From contig JAKMXF010000359.1 of NCBI GenBank assembly GCA_024704765.1, forward strand, positions 7,381-71,380: DNA of 64,000 nucleotides. Reading direction: 5' to 3'. Each line of letters starts with the position of its first letter. The stretch's first letter is position 1. A program made the translations under genes and the position numbers. The notes under the pieces were generated by a model. That model saw only the letters and a list, made by a program, of their open reading frames with translations, had not been told where the DNA came from and did not search any database. Shown here piece after piece: positions 26,310 through 39,219 of the stretch. This DNA comes from Oopsacas minuta. Its lineage: Eukaryota; Animalia; Porifera.

Positions 26310-27445
26310 ATCGAGTTAAAAGTGAATATTGGCATAGAAGTGCAATCCATGGCTTCAGCTGGAACTCAGGAACTAGCCAATTTGTATATTATGTATAAAA
26401 TATTTTTAGAATATTTCATTATTAAATTTGAGATCAAATATCAACATTTTCCGTTTTATAGAGTTAGCATTTTCCAACATATCATCATCCTATTAGGCGA
26501 ACACGTCTGTTTGACCTGAAATTATTTTCTAGATCTGGAATGTGTAATTTATCAATTATTATTTGTGAAACTTGATGATACCTACCATATATTTGCTAAT
26601 ATATATCAGTCATTGACTTCGAATCAACTAAAATGCATTTCACATTTCCCTAGCCCAGAAAATAATCTTAGTTTCCAGTTTTACCTAGTTCACGACTGGA
26701 CTAAAATCGAATCCAGTGACTATAAATGCGAATGTTGTTAAAATATATAACTAATGTCTTCGTCTCATCCGAACAAGAACAAACCTATATTTCCGCAGTC
26801 TTTTCTTGATAGATTAGAGTCAAATTTATTTTTGAAATGTAGTTACTGTCATATTGTGATTTCGGGATTCCCCACGTCTGTGTTACTAGGCATGACACCA
26901 AATGTTTCAGTAAATGCTCCTCAAATGCTCCAGAGGAATAATTTAGAAGAAAATGTTAGGGCTATAGTAGCAATATATCTCGCCTCACTCAGTTGGAACG
27001 ATTTCTTCTCACGTGCAATAGCCTTATTGACAAAATAACTGGCATCACATGTCCCAAAATTGGTCCATTCAACAAATAAATCTGTCAACAATCTATAGCT
27101 TTGTGGGCTAATAATATACACGACTGTGCTGAAACTTCGATAATACCAGACTGTTCTTCATCATGCCGATAGAATCATTTCCATGTCCCAGGCGGAAAAG
27201 TTTCATGATGTTTTACCAGAAACTATCCCTGCATTTGGAAGATAACTCGGTACCAATTCCCATACCAAAACTAAATAATCTGGCGTCACAAGAAGACTTA
27301 CGTGTAGTAGAGCATGGACTTCTAAACTACCTGGACATTCAACTACTTGTAATATTGGCTCTATACCAAGTTAGGCCAGTGTACCTAAGTTGATAGTGAT
27401 AAAATTATATATCTAAGGATAAAACTTTCCCAGTGCCCCATCGTA

Positions 27446-28647
27446 CGAGGGGCACTCGAAAGGTTTTGCTGTTTGATATGAATCCATTAATCTGTCGGAT
27501 ATTTTTCCGCATCCATCTTTTCAGACATATTTTATTAGTCTACTTTGAAAATTTCATTCATTTATCTCTTCTACTTTCATAAATTAGATAATTTTAGTAT
27601 AGATGGCTTCTAGCTTCTAAAGTATCTCAATCTATATCAGATCTCACAAAACGTGATTTTCAAGCAATGATTTTGATCTATTCAAACTACAAAAGACAAG
27701 AGTAGAAATCTATGAATCTTTACAGGAGCATTTCCGGATCTAGTTCCTTCTCTAAGTAGAGTTGAACGATGGTACAAAGGAATTTATTCACGGAAACTTT
27801 GTTCTTGAAGATGCCCTTCGTTCAGGAAGACCGAATATTTCACATAATGAAGAAAATGTTAACGAAATGCTAGATCTAATTACTAAAGATCCTCATATTA
27901 CGTACGCTCAGTTAGAGTATGGAACCGAGTTATCATCGGGGACAATTAATATCATTTTGCATAAAGAGCTTTGTGTCAGGAAGTTGTGTGCCCGATGGAT
28001 CCCCCATTCTTTGAACTTACAGCAAAAAATATCCCGTATAGACTTTTGGAAAATTATGCTCAAAAGGTTTGCTAATGGAAGTTCAAGAGCTGTTTCTGAG
28101 ATCCTTACAGGTGATGAGACATGGATATACCATTATGATCCAGAAACAAAGCGAATGTCAAAGGATTGGGTTGAAGAAGATGCCCCACCTCCAACCAAAG
28201 TGCGGTGGGCTAGATCTATTGGGAAACAAATGTGGGCGATTTTTTTCAGATCTAGTGGGTTTATCGAAGCTGTTGCTCTCGAGGATATAAAGACTGTTAC
28301 TGCCGGCTGGTACACTACAATATGCCTATCCAAAGTCATCACAGCAATTGACTCACAACGGGAGAAGCCTGGCATTAGAGGACTTCTTCTTCATCATGAT
28401 ATTGCATCATCGCATACCCCAATCAGAACTCGTGAGTTTTTGGAAAATTCTGGACTCAAAACATTACCTCACCCACCCTACAGTACTGATTTAGCCCCTT
28501 GCGACTTCTGGTTGTTCCCTAGACTCAAAGATCAATTACGTGGGAGGAGATTTTCGACTAATGAGGAGTTGAGAGGGGCACTTTTCCAAGCGATTGAAGA
28601 AATACCCAAAAAAGAGTGGAAAATATGTTTTGATAATTGGTTTACCA
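27446..28647 (+). mobile_element. mariner (DD34D) element, copy 1; left TIR present, right end replaced by a hAT
   Basis: TA|CGAGGGGCACTCGAAAGGTTTTG. ORF 27762-28664 carries TGDETW, HHDIASSH and YSTDLAPCDFWLFP with D34D spacing. The N-terminus is frameshifted. Confidence 0.92.
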
Positions 28648-29475
28648 CATTGGCTCTCAACTAGGGGGATATCCCCCCATTGGGGGGGATGGCAATACCG
28701 AAGAGGGGGGATACATATCCGGAGAGAACAATCTATACTTGGGGTGTGCGTAAATAATCTAGTCAGAGGAGGTTCCTCGCTACCGCTACTTATCTTATAT
28801 CTTTGTATTCAAATCTCTCGCTCTTTTAAAAACCCATTTGCTTATTAAGTCGATAAAGTTAGTATTCAGATATAATTTTTGTTAATACTTTGTAAGGGTT
28901 CGAAAAGATGGCATGCATCTGACAAATATAAATTGCTTTTGTATGACAATAAATACTATGTATTCGATTGTGAATACGTTATCGATGTGTGATTCCAATA
29001 TTATGAATAATATGGCATCCTATTGATCGATACGATTTTCATTTTACAATCTATATGAATATGACATAGAACTGTATCTACATTAATTCATTTTCAATCC
29101 TATCATTGCAAGACTTTATTATACAATCAGAAGATTATGTCCGAACCAAATGCAAAACGCAGAATTCGACATTATGATCCCTCTTATCTGCAGTTTGGAT
29201 TCATTTCTAGTCCAGACGAATTAAAACCTCTTTGCTTGACTTGTCATGTATGCTTGGCGAGTGATTCTATGAGGCCTCATTATTTAAAAGCGCATCAATT
29301 TTCAACACATCCCACAGAGGTGGGGCAGCCAATAGAGTACTTTTGGCAGAAAAAGAAAGTCTATTTGAATCAACAAGAAACTTTTTCTCTCTTCACTCAG
29401 TCTACCGATTTGAAATGTTGTACTTTGGCATCCTATGAAGTATCTTTTCTAATCGCAAAGCTTAAAAAACCTCAT
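28648..29475 (+). mobile_element. Buster/ZBED5-type hAT, 5' fragment
   Basis: Starts with the hAT-like terminus CATTGGCTCTCAACTAGGGG exactly where mariner homology stops. ORF 29137 has KRRIRHYDPSYLQFGF, PLCLTC...MRPHYLKAH...HP and ASYEVSFLIAKLKKPH. Confidence 0.8.
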
Positions 29476-29720
29476 CTATTTAGCTTCTGGACTTCGGACA
29501 AATTAGGTTGATTTTTTACGGCTTGAACACTGGATAAATGCTGAGGAATTGTGTATTTAGAGACAGGATTACCCCTTGCTGTGATTCTCATGGCCAAAGA
29601 TCGTGTCGACTGGCGTCGTTTCCCCAAAGACTTTAAGATAAAGATCTTCGATGTCCTAGAAAGTGATTTACGACGGCCAGCACCCTGCCGATATTCGAGA
29701 CTCTCACGCGGGAATTCTGC
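29476..29720 (-). pseudogene. Tc1-like transposase HTH fragment
   Basis: SLEYRQGAGRRKSLS...KRRQSTRSLAMRITARGNPVSKYTI. Confidence 0.6.
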
Positions 29721-30280
29721 AATTAGCCGGATACCACTCATTTTGTGCCCGCAGGAGTTAAAATCATCACTCCGACCTCCCGAGAGCTTATATTAAAGTA
29801 TGTTGTAAAAGAATTGAGCAGTAAAATGTTTTCTGGAAACCATTTGTGTTCCAACAGGACGGTGCTGCAGCCCATACCTATAATGCCAAACCAACATGGC
29901 TTCGGAGCAATCATCCCAAATTTATTCGAAGGAGGAATGGCCACCATACAGTCCAGTCCTGATTTGAATCCAATGGACTATTCCAATTGGTCAATCTTGG
30001 AAACTAATGCCTGTTCAAAGTCTCACTAATGTAGAGTCATTGAAGATGGCATTCTGTCGAGAATGGGAGAAGATACCTCAAGAAACCTACGTGCAGCTGT
30101 TGATGCTTTTCCCAAGAGACAGCACGCTGTTATAAAGCAAAATGTGGCTATAATGAAAAATATTTTATAATATTGAGAATAGTGTATTTTGGAATCACTT
30201 GAAAATTATCAGGATGATACTGTGCTTATTAAAATTTATATCGAAATTTTACCTTGTGACAGAAGTTATGCCCCACCCTG
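29720..30280 (+). mobile_element. maT (DD37D) 3' fragment with right TIR
   Basis: PAGVKI, SSPDLNPMDYSNWSILETNACSKSH; ends in ...CCACCCTG|TA. Confidence 0.8.
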
Positions 30281-30453
30281 TATTTGTACGAGTGGAAATA
30301 GTTACGAGTTGACTAGCAATCCTACGTTCACTAGATAATATTTGTCATTTATATGATTGTGAATTCGATAATGGCAGTTTTACCATCCCTTTTATGGCCC
30401 TATTCTTATTGTGCATTATTTACTATTCAATTCTATCACAGCATAATTGCATA

Positions 30454-30687
30454 CCGTAAACTGGGGCTACTTTGGCCCACTGGGTTTGCTTTAGCTCAAA
30501 TATCAGCTTCAAAGAAACTAGATTTGATTCAGTATTATACTTGAAAAGGCCTTGCCAAATTTTTAACGAATTTTCGAATATCGGTAGACAATTTCGAATA
30601 CAAATACAATATCTATTCGATACGTAAGCAAATTTCAATAATTGGGCTAAAGCAAACCCAGTGGGCCAAAGTAGCCCCAGTTTACGG
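30454..30687. mobile_element. 234-bp MITE with about 45-bp TIRs and TA TSD, ending about 95 bp upstream of the tetraspanin ATG
   Basis: TA|CCGTAAACTGGGGCTACTTTGGCCCACTGGGTTTGCTTTAGC ... GCTAAAGCAAACCCAGTGGGCCAAAGTAGCCCCAGTTTACGG|TA. Confidence 0.9.
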
Positions 30688-30781
30688 TAATGGATTCATA
30701 TAATGTCAGGGCCTTTATTTGTTTCTCCTCATACCTTGCTTCTTACTATTTTCTATCCATTTAACATTCTAGTGACTTAAT

Positions 30782-31669
30782 ATGATGGCTGTAATTGACA
30801 GAAGTATGGCTAAACTGACTCTTGCTGTTTTACAGGGTGTTATGAGCATTGCGTTATTTGTTTTCGGTATAATAATATTAATTTTGTCTGCCCTTACTCT
30901 AGTAAAATCTTCATCATACTCAGCCTCATTTACCTCCGTTATCACTCCTTCACCTTATTACCAAACTGGGCCAATTATTCTCATTTTTGCTGGTCTTATT
31001 CAGAGTTTATTCGCTTTAATGGGTATCGTTGGTGGTACAATTAGTCTCTCAAAAGGTTTATACTTGTACTCCCTGCTAATACTTTCAGTACATTGTGCTG
31101 CCTTGTTTTTAAGCGGCTCCCTCAGTTTGACAGGCAGCATGCTATCACTCAGGCGTTATGATTCAATTCATACAGAAACTCAGCACTCTATTAAACAATT
31201 ACTCTCATTTTCTCCGGCTCTCATGTTAATCACTAATTCATCCAAGAATTATGTGGTTCCTGGTTTTCTCCACCACTTACAGACAAAAAGAGGTTGCTGT
31301 GGTTGGATTAATCGAGATGATTTTTCCCCCGCTAAGTATTCTTTCTTCCCAAACAGCACTGAATCAAAGTACCCAGGCTCTTGTTGTGAAAAACAACCTT
31401 TTGAAACATGTTCAAGTGTCGAAGTAGGGCAGAGAGAGGGATGCTATGACTCACTGCGGAATATATTTAACAGGTGTAACCTTTATGGAGGTGATTCAGC
31501 TTCTTGTATTCATCCAGGAATTTTTACCGTATCTTCACTTCTCTATGCTAGCGGTATATTGGGCATGATACAGGCGCTCATTTCTCTACTTTTCTTCATT
31601 GCTACACTTATTCACCTCGTTTCACTTATTCAATTCCGTCCTTTGTCTAAACAGGATGTAAATGATTAA
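30782..31669 (+). CDS. Tetraspanin, single exon, 295 aa
   Basis: Four hydrophobic segments. The large extracellular loop has CCG (RGCCGW), PGSCC and EGCY motifs. The ORF is intact. Confidence 0.9.
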   Translation: MMAVIDRSMAKLTLAVLQGVMSIALFVFGIIILILSALTLVKSSSYSASFTSVITPSPYYQTGPIILIFAGLIQSLFALMGIVGGTISLSKGLYLYSLLILSVHCAALFLSGSLSLTGSMLSLRRYDSIHTETQHSIKQLLSFSPALMLITNSSKNYVVPGFLHHLQTKRGCCGWINRDDFSPAKYSFFPNSTESKYPGSCCEKQPFETCSSVEVGQREGCYDSLRNIFNRCNLYGGDSASCIHPGIFTVSSLLYASGILGMIQALISLLFFIATLIHLVSLIQFRPLSKQDVND

Positions 31670-32599
31670 TAATAATTTCTTGATTTGATTCTTCTTATAC
31701 TCTTAGTATATTTTGGGTCTTATCCAAATAAACAACAAAACCTTCACGAATAATTGTATCAATTTTGTAGTAAATAATTTAATACATGTAGGTTGCGTTT
31801 TCACTATCTCCAAAGCGTTTTTCACGAAAACATGGGTGTTTTCTAATCATTGAAGTCTTCGAAACACTATCCAACAATTAGGCTTATAACCCGATGTCCC
31901 GATCCATTTCGCCTCTGGGATTGATTTAATAATCCCGATCCCGATGTAAATCCTGGGATTCCCACATTCTTATAGAAAATTACACAGCCGCAGTAAAATA
32001 ATGTACCCAGAGGTGTAGCAGGGTGGCACACTCTGCCACTAAAATTGTGTACACCCACCAAAATTATATATAGACATATATAACAGGTGCGGCAATTCCG
32101 CACCTGTGCCCACCTTTTGCCGCACTATTGTGCGGTCCTAGTTATGCTTCTGTTCGTACTCGTATACTAATTTTTCTCGTAAAATTTGAAATTTAGAATT
32201 TTTGTAGTAATGATGACGCAATAATTCGACGATTTACACTGGTCATGAATTCATGGTTATGAAGCAGTAAGTCAAATTCATGAAATTAGAACATTAGGCA
32301 CATTGAGGGTTGCTAGAAATTTCAACCTCTAACATTTATAAAAATCAGCACTGGGGCTCTTCCAGTTTTTCAAACAATTCTGGACATACAATAATATATA
32401 GGTATATATACATTAGGGTGACTCAGTTGCCACAAATATTTCATATCGAATTTGAATGGAATCCAAATTATTTAGTGGCAGGGTTTCTTTCAGGGGTGGG
32501 TGGGGGTGCATTTGTCCCCCCCTTCTATCTGGTTTGCCCCCTTACATAAAATCCTGAAATAAACCCTGAGTGATAAGGCAATAGTAATTTGAAATGGTG

Positions 32600-32970
32600 G
32601 TGGATTTTTGTGCTTTTGTCCGATTTTCTGCCCACTTTGGTAAAAATTAAGTTTTATCATGGCTAGAGATCTGAAAAATTGGAATTGTGTAGTTTGGGAG
32701 TAGTTTTATGGCGGTCAATTAAACACTTTGATAACCAATCTTGTACAGTTTAGAAGATATTAGTGAAAATCGCTTCAATGAATAATTGGTATCATACCAG
32801 CGCCGACACCAGCAATTTTCGCTAATTTCTCTTAAACTGTACAAGATTGGTTATCGAATAGTGTTATTCATTGACATGAACCCACCCCAAACCACTCAAT
32901 TCAGATATCTAGACAACATTTTACACCAAAATTGGACGAAAGTCGGACAAAAAAACTAAAAATCGTCTAC
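32600..32970. repeat. Old imperfect palindromic (foldback/MITE-like) element
   Basis: ttttgtccga and gataaccaatcttgtacagtttag are mirrored by taaactgtacaagattggttatc and tcggacaaaa. Confidence 0.6.
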
Positions 32971-34639
32971 CAATTTTAACCAAACTGTATTTTCTATAAT
33001 GGTACCATAGCATGAGAGGCGGTCCCGGGATCAGACAGTCCAGGGGCTTGGGGGTGCAAAGATTTTAAACCAGAGTAGCATCATTTTCAGATTGTATTAT
33101 CACATAATGCATACTGCCTTAGATTCTACTTGATTATGAGGATTAACATATTTTGGGTGTAAGCTTCAGATTACGTAAGTAAGTTGAAATACAATCATTC
33201 ACGAAAATTGAAGCATGAACCTCTAAAAGCGGGAAACTGAGATTGGAGGGAGGGGAAAGACTTACTACAAAAATAGAGCAGTGACCAGGGCTCTGAACCT
33301 GTAAGGTTCCCAAATCGTAGGACTCTATACTGTCTCACAATCTCATCATGAGACAAAATATAACCTCAGCCTTAAGTTGGGTTCAGGGTTCTTTAACAAA
33401 AGTTTGTAGAGTCGAGACTGGATTTTCTGACCAATTCTTTCCATGAAAATAAACAATAATCCGATAGTTAGAATAAACTTTCTAAAAATTAAAGATTGGA
33501 ATTTCTTCCAGATTTTGAATAATCGTGTATTAGAAAAAACCGGTTTCGACTGTATGTGTTTAAGATTCTAAGCAGAAATAGTGGTTACTACTAATGATAA
33601 AGTCACTTAAATATTTAGGTACGGTTGGCTAACAATAGCAACAGGCAAAAGGCTTCTGTTGATTGACTCATATTAATTATCATTTTGATTTTACCTGTAA
33701 CCGTGAGATTTGGGGTGACTATCGTGAGACTGAGGTTTTTATCAAAACGTGAGTCTCAAGACGAGATCGTAATACTTAAGAGGCCTGAGTGGTCAAAACT
33801 GAGATCCGGGGCAGGGTCGGGATAATGTATTCCGGGGCTTAAGCACCGGATACACCACCCTTGGAGAACCCATGTATAGCATGAAATATCGAACCATTCA
33901 ATTAGTTGATGATGCCAATCAATTCTTCAGGCTAGATTTCTTATAGGTTAATTATACAGAATGAGTTGTTCTATCTATACTATTAAACGCAATTAATCGT
34001 GTGTATATATATATATATATATATATACTCACAACATTCTAATACACTAAGACACTGGCACTTCATGTACCATGGATGGGTTAATGCGTTCAATGTAGAT
34101 TTTGTAAAGGAGTAGCTGGCATCAAATATACATTCTAATATGCAAAATGGTAGGATCGTAGGTTAACCCAATATTATCCAATCTAATCGCCTAGACTAAA
34201 CTTTAAAAATATAACAGCTTTTTACTGACAATTCGAAAGTAAAATTACAAACATATCAGCAGTTCAACAATCACAAAAACACAGTAAAACACAACGAAAG
34301 CAATACACATCTAGTATCTTCAATTGTAATGAGTAATGAGGTTGAGTACAGAATGACATCTAGTATCGTTAATGAGTAAAGAGGTCAGTTGGAAGTTAGA
34401 ATTCATGGTACATCTAGTATGTTGAATGAGGTAAGTACACATCTAAGTGGTATCTTTAGTGAAGGCAAGTACACAAGAGGATATAGTACACATATACACA
34501 GCTAGCATAGATCTTGATTGTACTGAGGTAAAATGTATAGAAATTAGGTGAGGGCCCTTTGAGTCTCATCAGGTCAGCTAAATTTAAGCTTTGTATTATC
34601 AGACTTCGCGACTAATGAATTAAACTTCTAAACTTTCAT

Positions 34640-36000
34640 TGATAGAATACATTTTGAATCAGTCATTACTAATTTATGTAAATATCCCATCGCCATACTT
34701 TATAATCATATCATTCTCTCCATTTTCCAATATTTCTCTTAAATTATTGACACACTTATTTGCACTAATATACTTCGGTATGGGGCAACATAAAAGTTTT
34801 TACATAGAAATTCAGAGGTGTCTATCTTCATAAATGTCTTGTAAATAATATTCACACAATCAATAACGGCAAGTGATAGAAACATAAGTGAACCTCTATC
34901 TAATACATCAACAAGTATATATTGAGAATGAACATCATTTAAAAGTTCCAATAGTAGTATCAGTCGTTAAGAAATTGTAACAATAGGTGCATTTATCAGT
35001 TTTTTTCAGGTAGAAAACACGGCATAACCAGCACATAAGTGTAGCATTCGAGTTGTGATGGACTTATCTGAATATCAAGAATAAATTATAATTTCCCAAG
35101 AAATGTTGTATTTGGTCAGAATTTGATTTTGGATCTGTAAAATTTTCGACAAACGTATTCAAATAATTTTTCAACGAAATTGGACCTTCTGCAGATGATG
35201 ATATTCAAGAAACAATTTTAGAATATTTAATAGTTGGACTCTTCTTTTACTCTCTAGTATTTGAGTATAGCTAATATGGAGGTGGCTGGCGGACGTTTTC
35301 TATATAGTTCGAAGTGATGTTCTAAGAGGTCGTTTTGAATTCTAGCAGTTAACAAGTATTGGAATTGCATTCACGTGTGAGTCGATTTACTATCAATGGC
35401 AATGCTATACAGGTATGCCTAAAGCTGGTAAAAGTTTGCGGTGTTAATTTTCGAAATTTACCAGGTAGATTATTCCAGCAATTTAACCAATTCACTACCT
35501 GCCCAATAGACTCTATACGTGAATAATTTGAGCACAATAGAGCAGAGGAATTATTATTGAAACGAATATTATGTTCCCAACCCAGTCAACATTAAAAACG
35601 TCCCAAATATTTCATATTAAGTTTAGAAACTCAACGGTCTGATCATTCGCATTAAGTTCATTATCAATATTGAATGCTTCGAGTCCACAATATGTAGATT
35701 CATGAAACATCTTAAGTAGTAATTTGACGTTTTGTCTTTCTAATTTTGATGGCCAACAACCTTTAGAAGTTAGTCTAGAAGCCCTCTTTGGGACATTGGA
35801 GTTGTCTGATGAATATAATCGTCAGAAATTCTCGAAAGTAGCAGTACAAATCTGGGATATTTCATTGGGTTTTCTTGTGCGTTGACAATAAGATTATTGA
35901 TAGGGATAGAATCGATAAAACTTTAAGATGAAGAAACATAATTTGAACAGCCCTCAACACAATCGGGAAACGAAGGAAATACAAAGCTCTTGATAATCCA
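34640..36000 (-). pseudogene. P-element/THAP9-like transposase remnant
   Basis: The minus strand reads WPSKLERQNVKLLLKMF, RIQNDLLEHHFELYR, AGYAVFS and DRGSLMFLS, which resemble conserved P-element motifs. Many stops. Confidence 0.65.
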
Positions 36001-36929
36001 CCAAATTCAAACAATGAAAAAGTTAGCAGCCAATTCAAATAAAAAACCGTATTCACTTCAATCGTGTATTTGCCCTACTTACCGTATAGCTAGAGAAAAG
36101 AATCTTATCATTATTCAGAAGTATAGCGTTGGTGGATTACGAAAATGTCACCATAATTGTAAAAATATGTGATGACTTAGCATTGAGGTTATGAAAATTT
36201 TTCCACTCGTGTCAACTATAATGTGTTAATTGGCCGGCTTCTCATTATTTTGATACAAGTTTTCTTCTACATACAATTGAGGGCTGGTGGATTTGAGTTT
36301 AAAATTTCGTTTAACAATATTCATTACTATTTGAAATATTTTATTTTTTTGAAAAATTCAACGAAGTAAGACTAGCACCACTTGAATCACTAATTTGACT
36401 CACTTATACTCATCAGATTTAAAAGGAATTAGTATCATAGGAAAGAAGAGTTGAACTTTTAAGCAATAAGTTTTGATTTTCAAACCTTTAATTTTAGTCA
36501 TTTTTCTTTAAAATTTTTAGTATAACGGCTCCCTTGAATTCATCCACCTCGAAGTCAGAAATCGATTCTGAAATTATATATGCATACTTTGGTGATATGG
36601 ACGTTATGAAACTTAAATTTCATTGAAAAGTATTAACAACTCGCGGAGCTAGAGGAATTCAAATTTAAGGCGGAAGTGAGAATGGTAGGGGATGAATTAT
36701 ATTTTACATAAAGTCTGGGTCAGTTTAAACTCATGTTTCTTACCCTAAATCCGACTGAAATTCAATTATTTTTATGCTAATCGATAGTTTCGTGAAACAC
36801 TACAAATTATCACCACCAACGGCCTGCAAAATCGATAAATTCTCATGTTTTTTGTGTATTACGAGTTCTAATTTTGAGATCAATTCTCGAAGTTATTTCT
36901 CTTCACAACACCTTCCAAATTTATAGATA

Positions 36930-38217
36930 CAGGGTGGGTCCAAAGTTCTGATACAAACTATTTTGTCTAGAGTATTTTTCAGTATCATCTACATCATTGA
37001 TTTTCCATATATAATTAATACATACCTTTAGGAAGAGAGTGCCTACTTATTTTTCAATATACCACCCTTTTGGAATGGCAGCCCTGAGTCTGTTGAGGAA
37101 TCCTTCTACTGAGGCATGCAGAGTTTCTTTGGGCATCTTCTCCCATTCTCGACACAAGGAAATCTTTAGAGAACTAACTGTGTTGTGTGACACAGAACGT
37201 CTTGCTTTCCAAGATAGACCATACAGAATAGTCCATGGGATTTAAATCGGAACTGTATGGTGGCTATTCATCCTTGCGTATAATATCTGGAATATTGTGC
37301 TTCAGCCACTCTTGGGTCGTATTGGCCGTATGGGCGGGAGCACCATCTTGTTGGAAGACAAATGGCTGTCCAGAAAACATGGTCTGGCTCAGACCTTTCA
37401 CTACAGTCTCTAATACAAGCTCTTGGTATGTTTGGCATTGATTTTCACTCCTGGATGAAAATCCGTGGTGTCCGACCAACATCAGAGACCCTCAGCCCAA
37501 ACCATCACCGACAGTGGTTTCTTCATCCGACTGATTTATCTGAACTTATCAGGGATCGCTGAAATTGAGGTTGAGATGACTCTGTCGTTTTGGCTATTTA
37601 TAGCCTCTTCTATGGTGAAAATTTCCTCATCTGAGAAATGGGTATTTTCGAGAACCCCAATAGCGTGTAGTGCAAGTAGGCTCTTTCTCAGGGACACTCT
37701 TTTCCTTTCACCGACCCAGATAGGAGCGGTACCTTTTTGCGTTTAAAAGAGCGCATTTCTGGGTTCCCTTTGTATTAATTTGCGAGTTATATTGAGCTCC
37801 AAGGCCATTTTCCTCATCGAACGAGGTGGGTTCCGCCGAATCCGTTCTCGCACCACTTTCTTGAGAGCTTGGGTTGTCACAGAGCATGGACGACCAGATC
37901 TCGGCTTGTCTACAGTTTCCCCAGTTTCCTTAATCGATTTATCGTCCTGAAGATAAAAGCCCTAGGTCCTTTTGCAATATTTAGCAGTTTCAAAATTCCT
38001 GAGGGACTTCCCTGCCACATGCAACTCAATAATTGCTGACCTCTCAGATTCCATGGTCAATCACAATTTTTTTTGAAATAGTATACACTAAATTGAAATA
38101 ATATTTGTTAGGTAGCGTATAAGGTATGTCATGGAAGAGCAAACCATTCAGACTACTTCCTGATATAATGGTTGTCAATTAATTGCTATTTTGAATCAGA
38201 ACTTTGGAGCCACCCTG
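36930..38217 (-). mobile_element. maT (DD37D) element, frameshifted copy of the 61662 family
   Basis: TA|CAGGGTGGGTCCAAAGTTCTGAT ... ATCAGAACTTTGGAGCCACCCTG|TA. The interior is similar to 61817-62851. Confidence 0.92.
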
Positions 38218-39219
38218 TATTTTCTTTACTATCTTATAATTTAATTTCCTAAAGGACCCAGGGGTCGCTGGTACTTTTTTTTATGATTTTATATTTATTT
38301 TTATTTTGTTTTACTCAATTTCCTCAGTTGCTTCACTTTTATTATTGCGTTTTAAAATGGTAATTATTGCATAGACTATACTCGTAAGACTATACAATAC
38401 TTGTTAGATCATTAGTACGTATGGGAAGTGATATCGTCATACTTGTTATAGTTCCCATTGCAACTTGTTTCAACGAATACCAAAACAGTTGATATACGTT
38501 ACTTGTGTAATACTATCGATAATTAATATTATAGTGTGTATATCACTCTCATATTATAGAATTTCTTCCTCAAAATGGTTCAAAGAGATAAATTTAGAGA
38601 TAATTTTCTGAGCCATTTACCATTTATCACTAAATCAAAATCCAAATATCAGAATAAATTCTGCAATGAATTAGGCTAATGTATACTGTATGAAAGCTTG
38701 CTCTTCGTGTCTGAAAATATTACACAATCAGAAACATATATCACCATGTATGATTTCTTGAACTGTCTTACTATTATCTAAACACCGGAAACCAGTCTCT
38801 CCATACAAACTTGCCATAAGAAATAATGTAAGACTAATAAAAATTCATGAATTTTGTGGTTTTTCATAACTAGAATAAACTAGTGATTTACACAATTTTT
38901 ATGTTTAAACTTTCACAAATAACTTTTCGTCCCATAAGTATTGAGTTGGAATATAACAAATGGATATTCTAGTTCACCCAATTCTATATGGTACAAATTA
39001 GTAGTTTTTCTACTCCCTTACTAGGTAAACTAAAATTTTGAACTTCCTCTCGTACGCTAGACTTTCAAATGCCTTTGAAAATTAAGATCGGAAGGTTAAA
39101 TATTGCTAAGTTTAGTATTTTTCCTTTTGGACGATTTCTCCTTACAATTTTCTTCATTTTTAGTATTCTCATAAAATTTTCGAAATGCTTACCAAAGAGA
39201 GACATTTGCATGTATGTTA

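Noticed and set aside
26754-27393. Cluster of 66-94 aa ORFs
   Set aside because: No recognisable domain or splice pattern; likely chance ORFs or an unrecognised TE remnant.
34307-34450. CRISPR-like array
   Set aside because: The repeat is only 11 bp, spacing is irregular, the context is eukaryotic and there are no cas genes.
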